Assembly (NCBI GenBank): GCA_963663035.1
Contig: OY760074.1
Location: 96,001 to 160,000, forward strand
Direction of reading: 5' to 3'
DNA from: Acidobacteriota bacterium
GTDB lineage: Bacteria > Acidobacteriota > UBA6911 > RPQK01 > JADFOI01
DNA length: 64,000 bases
This document shows positions 1 through 8,958 of the stretch, piece after piece. The translations under genes and the position numbers were made by a program. How positions within the stretch are numbered: the stretch's first letter is position 1; each line of letters begins with the position of its first letter. The notes beneath the pieces were generated by a model that was not told where the DNA came from, did no database searches, and worked only from the letters and a program-made list of their open reading frames with translations.

Positions 1-1639
1 CCGCAATTATTCATAAGTTTGGGGTGAGTGTCGATTTTCTGCGGAAGTTCAGGGCTGAGAGTGTGTTCAGGTGCGATTACAAGGCGTCCAAGCTTGTTGA
101 GCCGAATAGAGATGAAGCGAGAGCCCCTTCCGGAAACAGCTCGGCCCGCAGGGGGCTGTATATCTGTGTTGGCGCAGGGAGTCAGGGGACCGTCAGGTGG
201 GACACAGACGGTGCATCAGTAATGCGAAGAGCTTTTGTTCGGGATAAGACGATGCCAGGTGCACCCAGATGCGACGAGAAGTTTCCCGAACCCGGGCACC
301 GATTTTGAACAGGCGGCGGCGGAGCGTCTCAATCTCCAGGTTGTGCCAGGGAGTCCCGCACAGGTAATCCCGCAGGCGCAGGATTAAGACATAGGCCAGG
401 GCGTGGATGAAGAGTCGGAACTGGTTGGCCAGGAAACGGTGGCAGCTCAAGCGATCCATGGCCAGATCTTTTTTGAAAGCTTTCACGAAGTTCTCGCACT
501 GGCCCCGTCCGATGTAGTGGTCATACAGCTGCCCGGCCGTGAGATCCTGGCGGTTGGTGACCACAAAGCGACGGTTGAACCCGCGCTCGCTCACTTCCAC
601 CTTGGCCACCATGCGCCGCTCCCGGTCCCAACTGTCGGCCTGATAGACGAGCTCGGTGAACTGGCGTTGCTTTTCTCCTGAGTCGTCATAGTCTGCTTGC
701 ACCTGCTCAACCAAGGGCTCGACGGTGGCCGCCAGCCGGGAGTTGCGGGCAAAGCCCACCACATACTGCAGTTTTTCCTCCTCACAGAACTCGTACAGTG
801 CCGGCGTCGCAAAGCCACTGTCGGCTCGCACTTCGATCGGAACATCGGATCCCAGAACCTGGCGCATCCGGGCCACCACCCGTTTGAGAACCGCCACCGC
901 GTGGGCGGCCGCCCCCTGGTTGCCGGGCCGCAGTAGCGCACATACCAGATCGCCCGTCTCGCCATCGAATAGCAGCAGCGGATGATACATGTGCTCGCGA
1001 TAATAGCCGTGGTAAAAGCTGAACTCCTGCTGCCCATGCGTGACGTCATCCGTGCTGTCGATGTCCAGGATGATCTTCTCGGGCCGGCTCTTCTTGCGGT
1101 GCTTCAAGTAGGTCTCCAGCAGCCACTGTCCCAGGCGAGTGAGATCCTTCGAGTCCACCGAGTTCTCCAGTCGCGACAGCGTGGGTTGAGAAGCCAGATC
1201 CGGATCGCTTTCCGGCAGCCGATCACACACGGTCTTGAAGATGGGATCCGAGCGCAAGCTGTCGGCATCGTTGCAGTCCTCATAGCCGGCCACGATCTGA
1301 AAGCTGCGCTGGGTGAGCAGTTCGCGAATCTGGTGGCGGACGTAGCGGCTATCTCGAGCGTCCTTCAGGCAGGAGGCAAAGCCAGCCGTCAGTCCGTGCT
1401 GTTGATCCAGGGCGTACAGACACAGCAGCCCGGCATCGGAGGAGAGCCGGCCTCCATCGAATCGAGCCACCACTTTTCTGTCAGGGTGAGATGGCAAGTT
1501 GATCTGGCAGACTGATGCATCGCTGGGCCGTACCTTTTTGGTTTGGAGTTGTTTCATAACCCCTTTTATATCAAAGAGGTACGGCATCTTTTTGTGCCCT
1601 CGATCAGACCCCTTCTTCAGAATTTATGAATAATCCGGG
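1..1639 (-). mobile_element. IS1380-family insertion sequence, copy 1
   Basis: Imperfect 16-bp terminal IRs (CCGCAATTATTCATAA / TTATGAATAATCCGGG) followed by CTAG. Appears identical to 3786-5424. The window starts exactly at the IS end. Confidence 0.95.
193..1587 (-). CDS. IS1380-family DDE transposase
   Basis: 464 aa with FDGGRLSSDAG, LASQPTLSRLEN, LDIDST, VRADSGF and Y..RGQCEN motifs typical of IS1380 transposases. Confidence 0.95.
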   Translation of the reverse strand: MPYLFDIKGVMKQLQTKKVRPSDASVCQINLPSHPDRKVVARFDGGRLSSDAGLLCLYALDQQHGLTAGFASCLKDARDSRYVRHQIRELLTQRSFQIVAGYEDCNDADSLRSDPIFKTVCDRLPESDPDLASQPTLSRLENSVDSKDLTRLGQWLLETYLKHRKKSRPEKIILDIDSTDDVTHGQQEFSFYHGYYREHMYHPLLLFDGETGDLVCALLRPGNQGAAAHAVAVLKRVVARMRQVLGSDVPIEVRADSGFATPALYEFCEEEKLQYVVGFARNSRLAATVEPLVEQVQADYDDSGEKQRQFTELVYQADSWDRERRMVAKVEVSERGFNRRFVVTNRQDLTAGQLYDHYIGRGQCENFVKAFKKDLAMDRLSCHRFLANQFRLFIHALAYVLILRLRDYLCGTPWHNLEIETLRRRLFKIGARVRETSRRIWVHLASSYPEQKLFALLMHRLCPT

Positions 1640-3183
1640 CTAGAGCGCCGTTTTTCTCGTTCGATGGACAGTGGGTTGGATTCAACAACCGTACGGATGG
1701 AGACCTCAAGAAGATATCTGTGAGTGGCGGTGCACCTGTGTCGTTAACTGAAATGGAGAGGCCCTGGGGTGTAAGTTGGGGTGCAGACGACATGATCGTC
1801 TATGGCCAACCAAACGGGATTTTTCGAGTTTCAGCAAACGGTGGGATCCCAGAACTGATAGTCGAATCCGAGGCTGGCGAACAGGTCCATGGACCGCAAG
1901 TCCTGCCCGGTGGGGACTGGGTGTTGTTCACAACCACTCGGGCCACCGGAGACACACGCTGGGACGAGGCACAGATTGTCGTGCAATCCCTCGAATCAAG
2001 TGAACGAAAGATTCTGTGGGAGGGGGGCAGCGATGCCCGTTACGTTCCTACCGGGCATCTCGTCTATGCGTTTGAGGACGTACTGTTTGCGCTTCCCTTT
2101 GACTTAGCCAACCTGGAGGTTTCTGGGGGACCTGTTCCCGTAGTTGAGGGAGTTCGGCGGGCTATTGATCCTCAAAGTAATACGGCCACCGCAAACTTTG
2201 GATTCTCAGACCGGGGGACACTGATTTATTTACCAGGCACGGCAGCAATGGCTCAGATGCGTGTTCTTGCCCTGGTGGACCGGGATGGCCTGGTGGAACG
2301 CCTCAACGCGCCGCCCAAACAATATCTGAGTCCGCGCCTATCGCCGGACGGACAGACCCTGGTCGTTCAGAGTGTCGAAGAGAACGGTGACGTCATTTGG
2401 ACATACGACCTATCTGAAAACAGGGCGATCCAGCAACTGACCTTTGAGGGCAACAACCAGCGTCCCGTCTGGACTCCGGACGGCCAACGCATCGCCTTCT
2501 CATCGGACCGGGATGGGACGATGAGTCTCTACTGGATGCCAGCCGATGGCAGCGGTGTCGCCGAGCGTCTGACGACAGCCGAAGAAGGAACAAGCCATTG
2601 GACGGGGTCCTGGTCGCCGGACGGCGAACTCCTGGTGTTCAATGTAATAAGGGACCTCGCGGCCGTTAGGGAAATCTGGACGCTGTCGGTGGATGATGGA
2701 GAGACTCAAAGCCTGTATGACGCGCCTGGAACCGTGTATATCAGTGCAGAGCTCTCTCCCAATGGTGAGTGGTTGGCTTACGGAGCGGGTCCGACTCCTG
2801 GTGATGCCGACATCTACGTCGAGCCGTTCCCGCCGACAGGAGCCAGGCGCAGGATCTCACAAACCTTGGGTTATTCTCCTTTGTGGTCACCTGAAGGGAG
2901 CGAGCTCTTCTACCGACCCGTTGTCGGCACCGCAGGAATAACACTGCGGTCAGTCGATATTGTCACTGAACCGGCCTTTGCCTTCAGCAACGAACAGACG
3001 CTTCCAGTCGAAGGGTTCAACGTGGTTCTCGGCTACCGGGACTACGATATGAGTCCCGACGGCGAACGACTGCTCATGGTGTTCCCAGCGGACCGGCCCG
3101 ATTCCGGCGAACCCGCCCGTCTCCAGATCAATATCGTCCAAAACTGGTTCGAGGAACTGAAGGAACGGGTGCCGGTGCCATGA
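1640..3183 (+). pseudogene. C-terminal TolB/PD40 beta-propeller part of a Ser/Thr kinase-TolB gene, interrupted by IS1380
   Basis: The frame is open from the IS junction (RAPFFSFDGQWVGF...). Repeated SPDG/WTPDG motifs and C-terminal NWFEELKERVPVP match the kinase at 51696-54776. No kinase domain is present in the window. Confidence 0.85.
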
Positions 3184-3743
3184 TTGGCAAAACACTCTCC
3201 CACTGGGTCGCGATTCTGGCGGCTGGGTTTTTGTTCGGATGCGTATTCAATATAGCCAACGAGACCGCCGCACTCAGTCATCTCAAAAAATATCAGGTGG
3301 CGAGCAGCTTGTATCAGGTCGAAGAAGGGCAAGGCAGATACGGAACCATGAGCGAGCTCTACGAGGCCGGGCAGGGGATCATCGACCAGGTGATGTACGA
3401 CGCATGGGACGGCAACCCGGATCCCAGGCCGCTGGGCGGATACCTCTTCTCAGAAATCGTTCGCGACAGCAACGGCGGACCGCTGGATCTTGGCGAGCGT
3501 GCCGGGCTTTGTGCCTATCCGGCTGGATCTGGCGATTTGGTCGATAACATTCTGTGTGTGTTTGCGGACTCCCGGAAGTTCAATCCTGAGCCCATTTCCG
3601 AGGACGGTTTCGTCTCCCACGGCGAGGAGTGGACCTTCTACCGGGCCAGTTCTGGTGACTTTGGAGGACCACTGCGGCAGTTCCCCAGCGACTCTGAGCT
3701 TCAAAGCAAGTTTGACCCACTCGAACAGCGTACCCTTGAGTAG
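3180..3743 (+). CDS. Pilin/pseudopilin-like membrane protein fused to a kinase start stub (MIGKTLSH)
   Basis: The first 8 aa match the kinase N-terminus. They are followed by a TM helix and ANETAALSHLKKYQ...GRYGTMSEL...GGYLF, which resembles acidobacterial pseudopilins. Confidence 0.5.
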   Translation: MIGKTLSHWVAILAAGFLFGCVFNIANETAALSHLKKYQVASSLYQVEEGQGRYGTMSELYEAGQGIIDQVMYDAWDGNPDPRPLGGYLFSEIVRDSNGGPLDLGERAGLCAYPAGSGDLVDNILCVFADSRKFNPEPISEDGFVSHGEEWTFYRASSGDFGGPLRQFPSDSELQSKFDPLEQRTLE

Positions 3744-3785
3744 CTTGGGGTCACGAATACACCAACGGGCGGACTAGATTTCTAG

Positions 3786-5424
3786 CCGCAATTATTCATA
3801 AGTTTGGGGTGAGTGTCGATTTTCTGCGGAAGTTCAGGGCTGAGAGTGTGTTCAGGTGCGATTACAAGGCGTCCAAGCTTGTTGAGCCGAATAGAGATGA
3901 AGCGAGAGCCCCTTCCGGAAACAGCTCGGCCCGCAGGGGGCTGTATATCTGTGTTGGCGCAGGGAGTCAGGGGACCGTCAGGTGGGACACAGACGGTGCA
4001 TCAGTAATGCGAAGAGCTTTTGTTCGGGATAAGACGATGCCAGGTGCACCCAGATGCGACGAGAAGTTTCCCGAACCCGGGCACCGATTTTGAACAGGCG
4101 GCGGCGGAGCGTCTCAATCTCCAGGTTGTGCCAGGGAGTCCCGCACAGGTAATCCCGCAGGCGCAGGATTAAGACATAGGCCAGGGCGTGGATGAAGAGT
4201 CGGAACTGGTTGGCCAGGAAACGGTGGCAGCTCAAGCGATCCATGGCCAGATCTTTTTTGAAAGCTTTCACGAAGTTCTCGCACTGGCCCCGTCCGATGT
4301 AGTGGTCATACAGCTGCCCGGCCGTGAGATCCTGGCGGTTGGTGACCACAAAGCGACGGTTGAACCCGCGCTCGCTCACTTCCACCTTGGCCACCATGCG
4401 CCGCTCCCGGTCCCAACTGTCGGCCTGATAGACGAGCTCGGTGAACTGGCGTTGCTTTTCTCCTGAGTCGTCATAGTCTGCTTGCACCTGCTCAACCAAG
4501 GGCTCGACGGTGGCCGCCAGCCGGGAGTTGCGGGCAAAGCCCACCACATACTGCAGTTTTTCCTCCTCACAGAACTCGTACAGTGCCGGCGTCGCAAAGC
4601 CACTGTCGGCTCGCACTTCGATCGGAACATCGGATCCCAGAACCTGGCGCATCCGGGCCACCACCCGTTTGAGAACCGCCACCGCGTGGGCGGCCGCCCC
4701 CTGGTTGCCGGGCCGCAGTAGCGCACATACCAGATCGCCCGTCTCGCCATCGAATAGCAGCAGCGGATGATACATGTGCTCGCGATAATAGCCGTGGTAA
4801 AAGCTGAACTCCTGCTGCCCATGCGTGACGTCATCCGTGCTGTCGATGTCCAGGATGATCTTCTCGGGCCGGCTCTTCTTGCGGTGCTTCAAGTAGGTCT
4901 CCAGCAGCCACTGTCCCAGGCGAGTGAGATCCTTCGAGTCCACCGAGTTCTCCAGTCGCGACAGCGTGGGTTGAGAAGCCAGATCCGGATCGCTTTCCGG
5001 CAGCCGATCACACACGGTCTTGAAGATGGGATCCGAGCGCAAGCTGTCGGCATCGTTGCAGTCCTCATAGCCGGCCACGATCTGAAAGCTGCGCTGGGTG
5101 AGCAGTTCGCGAATCTGGTGGCGGACGTAGCGGCTATCTCGAGCGTCCTTCAGGCAGGAGGCAAAGCCAGCCGTCAGTCCGTGCTGTTGATCCAGGGCGT
5201 ACAGACACAGCAGCCCGGCATCGGAGGAGAGCCGGCCTCCATCGAATCGAGCCACCACTTTTCTGTCAGGGTGAGATGGCAAGTTGATCTGGCAGACTGA
5301 TGCATCGCTGGGCCGTACCTTTTTGGTTTGGAGTTGTTTCATAACCCCTTTTATATCAAAGAGGTACGGCATCTTTTTGTGCCCTCGATCAGACCCCTTC
5401 TTCAGAATTTATGAATAATCCGGG
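3786..5424 (-). mobile_element. IS1380-family insertion sequence, copy 2
   Basis: Same sequence as copy 1. CTAG on both sides (3782-3785, 5425-5428). Confidence 0.95.
3978..5372 (-). CDS. IS1380-family transposase
   Basis: Protein identical to 193-1587. Confidence 0.95.
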   Translation of the reverse strand: MPYLFDIKGVMKQLQTKKVRPSDASVCQINLPSHPDRKVVARFDGGRLSSDAGLLCLYALDQQHGLTAGFASCLKDARDSRYVRHQIRELLTQRSFQIVAGYEDCNDADSLRSDPIFKTVCDRLPESDPDLASQPTLSRLENSVDSKDLTRLGQWLLETYLKHRKKSRPEKIILDIDSTDDVTHGQQEFSFYHGYYREHMYHPLLLFDGETGDLVCALLRPGNQGAAAHAVAVLKRVVARMRQVLGSDVPIEVRADSGFATPALYEFCEEEKLQYVVGFARNSRLAATVEPLVEQVQADYDDSGEKQRQFTELVYQADSWDRERRMVAKVEVSERGFNRRFVVTNRQDLTAGQLYDHYIGRGQCENFVKAFKKDLAMDRLSCHRFLANQFRLFIHALAYVLILRLRDYLCGTPWHNLEIETLRRRLFKIGARVRETSRRIWVHLASSYPEQKLFALLMHRLCPT

Positions 5425-5437
5425 CTAGGGCTTCTGG

Positions 5438-7726
5438 TTAATCTGGAAGGGCCCCAAAGTCCGCTGGTGGTTTGCGGTGTTTCGTTGCTGCTTCATAGGC
5501 CGAAGCTATCTTGATCAGAGTTGCGTCCTCACCTGGACCCGTCCAAAACATCATACTGATCGGCATCGGGTGAGGTAGCAACGATTGCCTGGCGCCGGTG
5601 ACCTGACGGTATCTGGTCTTGTCCTCACCGAGGACAAACTGAGGCTCGTAAACGATTCTTGTATAGCCTGCAGGAACATCAATCTCGGGCCCTCCTATCA
5701 GGGCTGTGAAGGCTCCACAGCAACTCTGCGCCCCTCGACTATTGACCGAAGGCTCACTGGGGCCGCCAATTTTCCGTGGCGGGAGTGTAATTTCCGGATT
5801 GACGAATGCATCGATTCCGTTTTCATACATCACTTTGTTGATCACAAGCCTCATCACGGTCTGCATCTTTAGATAGCTCATTGGGGCCTGGGGCCCCTGT
5901 CTTCCCCTGAGATCATGACTGAGCAGATCTTGCACATTCATCGCATTTTGAGATCCCGCTCCTACTTGATCAGTTCTAAATTTTGCGTTGGGAACCCAAC
6001 TCGCCCAATCCTTTACCCTTTCATCGCCTCTCTCAGCCAGATACCTGTTCACAGTGAATGGACTTTTGGGGTTATCTAATCCGCCGGCCATTTGACGGAG
6101 ATTTAGATTTTCCGATAACGGTGCTTTGCCCAGGGCTAACGCTACCGCATAATCCACTGTCGTGACATCCCACCCGGGAACGGCATAGAGCAGCTCGCCA
6201 CCAGCCCGTGTTTTGTGAAAATACTCCGGCACATTGTGTGCCAGGATCTCTGCGAAAGCATCCTGGAACGTATAACCCATGTTGGGCACATTAGGATCGT
6301 CTGGATAGAGCGGATCGAAGGACTCAACCAGTTCAGCTCCCAGCTGATCGCGGAGAACTCTCTTGATCTCGTCATCGATCTGGTCACTGATGGCCTCATC
6401 GTTTGGGGTATGCTTCACCATCCATTCGCGAACAACTCCGATGCGCATTCCCTCGAGAGGCTTTCGCTGGCCTGTGGGATCTATTTCATCAATAACAAAA
6501 CTGGCGTACGGCTTTTCCGGGATCAAGGCTTTGGGAATGGCACTGTACATATCCTCTGACTGGAAACCTTTCACTGCGTCAAGCACACGAGCTGCATCTC
6601 CGACCGTGCGGGCATGAATACCTGCACGGTCACCAAGACGCTGGCTATTGTGCCCGCCGTCCATCATGATTCCTTTGGTGGTCAGCAAGTTCACCACATT
6701 ATTCTTGGATGCGGGGCCTTTACAGGAAGCGGAGCCCTGTTCACAAATGGAGAACACGACTAAATTCGCGGCCACAGCTACACCCGAGCCGGAGCTCGTC
6801 CCTCTGGGCTCGCGCTCTGTATCATAGGGATTGCAGGATTGGCCTGACCAGCCGCTGATGGCGTGAGCGCCACTTGGAAAAACCGTGGTTGCTCTAGCCG
6901 GGCCAGAAGCCGTCAGACTCGTTTCCTGTGCACTGGCGACGGCGTAAACGATACCCCCTTTTGCCCTCAGCTCACCGATATCGGGTGAGTCATACAAAGG
7001 GACATCCATGGCAAAGTTCACGTCGTTGCCCCCGGTTGCGCGCATATCCTTGGCGTCATACCAATTCTTAAAGGAGAAGGGAAGGCAGTACATGGGCAAC
7101 GCCTCCAGTGGAGGGTTCGTGCCATATCGCGCATCCAGTTCAGCTGCTTGCTCCAACGCATCGGGCTGTTGTCGAAATTTTTCACAGACCGACGGCGCTC
7201 CCGCTGGAAGAGGTCCTGTTGATGGATGTGCATCAAAGGCGCCTTTGCAGGTCACAGAACGCTCGCCGCGAATGTTTATGGTCTCCAGTGCATTGAGTTG
7301 GCCGGCGTCAGGGATACCGACTCTCATGCCGTACTGTTGCCATACGCTTTCATCGGATGCTGTCGGTTCCATTCGGCCAAAATCGAATGGTGGTCCCTTA
7401 TACTGATCAAAATCCGGGAAAATCCTCGAGACGGGCACCGTTTCAGTTGGAAAGTCCAGTGGGGAACCCGCGCGAACTGCACCCTTAGCAGCAGAAATGG
7501 GCGCTCCGTCTTGGGTGACAAGCTGAGTGCAAACACCGTTATAGGCCCGTGCTCGATCGAAGTAGGCTTGCACTAGCTCCGTGCAGGTAATCTGGCTGGT
7601 CTGGATGGCTCCATGGATATCAGCGATTTTCGCTTCTTCTAACTGGAACTCATTCTGTGCCGAAACCAGGTTGATCGAAGTGAGGCAAACTGCATAAACA
7701 CAGACAAACCACCATGCTCTGCTCAT
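5438..7726 (-). CDS. Secreted amidase-signature family protein
   Basis: Signal peptide, FSFKNWYD (catalytic Lys), NPYDTEREPRGTSSGSG and GSASCKGPAS. Paralog of 45049-47397. Confidence 0.85.
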   Translation of the reverse strand: MSRAWWFVCVYAVCLTSINLVSAQNEFQLEEAKIADIHGAIQTSQITCTELVQAYFDRARAYNGVCTQLVTQDGAPISAAKGAVRAGSPLDFPTETVPVSRIFPDFDQYKGPPFDFGRMEPTASDESVWQQYGMRVGIPDAGQLNALETINIRGERSVTCKGAFDAHPSTGPLPAGAPSVCEKFRQQPDALEQAAELDARYGTNPPLEALPMYCLPFSFKNWYDAKDMRATGGNDVNFAMDVPLYDSPDIGELRAKGGIVYAVASAQETSLTASGPARATTVFPSGAHAISGWSGQSCNPYDTEREPRGTSSGSGVAVAANLVVFSICEQGSASCKGPASKNNVVNLLTTKGIMMDGGHNSQRLGDRAGIHARTVGDAARVLDAVKGFQSEDMYSAIPKALIPEKPYASFVIDEIDPTGQRKPLEGMRIGVVREWMVKHTPNDEAISDQIDDEIKRVLRDQLGAELVESFDPLYPDDPNVPNMGYTFQDAFAEILAHNVPEYFHKTRAGGELLYAVPGWDVTTVDYAVALALGKAPLSENLNLRQMAGGLDNPKSPFTVNRYLAERGDERVKDWASWVPNAKFRTDQVGAGSQNAMNVQDLLSHDLRGRQGPQAPMSYLKMQTVMRLVINKVMYENGIDAFVNPEITLPPRKIGGPSEPSVNSRGAQSCCGAFTALIGGPEIDVPAGYTRIVYEPQFVLGEDKTRYRQVTGARQSLLPHPMPISMMFWTGPGEDATLIKIASAYEAATKHRKPPADFGALPD

Positions 7727-7844
7727 AAGGCACCTTCCTTTTCACGGTTTCCTCCTCAGGTCGAGAATCGGAGGGTTTAACTACAACCTGCGGGGCATTG
7801 TAAAGTTCAGGACCGCCGATCTCAAGTCCCAAGTTGGCAGGTCG

Positions 7845-8723
7845 TTATCTTAAGGCCGATTTTTCGGACAGGACTTTGAGATATTTTCCGAAAAAGCTGG
7901 CCAGTCCTTTTGTATATGTTGCTCCGGAAATCCTGAATCCGTCGTTGTGGCCGCCACGAAGTTCCAGAAATTCCTTCGGCTCCGTTGATGCGTCAAAGAG
8001 AGCCTGGCCGTGTGAGTAGGGGATGAGTTCGTCCCCGGAGCTATGGATATGTAGGATCGGCTCTTGGACATGGGCGACCTTTGAGCCACTATCAAATCGA
8101 TGACGGACTAAAAGGGATGAGGGAAAGACGGGGTAGAGCTCTTGAGCCATACGGGGAATGGAGAAGAATGTGCTCTCAAGGACAACGGCGGCGGCATCGA
8201 CCTCGGTAGCGAGCTGGGCGGTGACGCCACCGCCCAGTGATCGACCGAATAGCACGATGGCCGAGGCCGCGATTCTTCGCTCTTCCCTCAGGTAACTCCA
8301 GACGGCTCGTGCGTCGGCGTAGCATCGCTGTTCAGATACGCTACCTGTGCTCTTTCCGTAACCGCCATAATCGTAGATGGCGACGTTGAAATCGAGTTCG
8401 TGAAAGATTCGGATTGTTTCGAGGCGATCCCCAATATTGCCAGCGTTGCCATGGGAAAAGAGGACAGTTTGGCTGGTTTCCGTTTGGGCAGGGATAAACC
8501 AACCGAAAGTCTCGAAGCCGTCAATGGAGAGAATAGACTCCTGGTAGTCCCAATCGTTTGAAGCGGGCGTCGCTCTGATTTCGGTTGTGGGAAAGAAGAG
8601 AAGCCTTTTCTGAAACACAAACAAAATCAGCGCGAGGATGAGGTAGATCGAAATGCTAATTTTAAAAAGCGAAGAAAGGACTTTTCGAGGGGAAGAGTTC
8701 TTTCCGAACTGTTTCTTGTTCAC
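7845..8723 (-). CDS. Alpha/beta hydrolase (ABHD13/17-like)
   Basis: N-terminal TM, HGNAGN, DYGGYGKS, GRSLGG nucleophile elbow, D..IP and GHND. Confidence 0.9.
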   Translation of the reverse strand: MNKKQFGKNSSPRKVLSSLFKISISIYLILALILFVFQKRLLFFPTTEIRATPASNDWDYQESILSIDGFETFGWFIPAQTETSQTVLFSHGNAGNIGDRLETIRIFHELDFNVAIYDYGGYGKSTGSVSEQRCYADARAVWSYLREERRIAASAIVLFGRSLGGGVTAQLATEVDAAAVVLESTFFSIPRMAQELYPVFPSSLLVRHRFDSGSKVAHVQEPILHIHSSGDELIPYSHGQALFDASTEPKEFLELRGGHNDGFRISGATYTKGLASFFGKYLKVLSEKSALR

Positions 8724-8848
8724 GGCGCTTTCCCTGCCTTGTAGTCGCTTGCCATAGTCCGCGATTGCGTTCGTTGAATTTACGTAATGGATCGTCTAAG
8801 GTCCAGCAAAGATGAGATTCATCAAAACTAGAGAGGATTGGGTGGCGA

Positions 8849-8871
8849 TTCGAGTCCCGGTCGGAGAGCCA
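8849..8871 (+). other. tRNA 3'-end fragment (Asn-like), att-site remnant
   Basis: TTCGAGT-CCCGG-TCGGAGA-G-CCA reads as T-loop, 3' T-stem, 3' acceptor strand, G discriminator and CCA. No 5' half upstream. Confidence 0.65.
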
Positions 8872-8958
8872 ATACCTTTGGGTTCCTCAGCCAAAATTCC
8901 CAGCCCACCCCGTTGCCATGGTTTCGGACTTGCCCGTATGATATCGTTCCCTGATCCC

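Noticed and set aside
24-308. 94-aa ORF repeated in all IS1380 copies as an accessory gene
   Set aside because: It overlaps the transposase 3' end in antisense and has no motif. Its conservation simply reflects identical IS copies.
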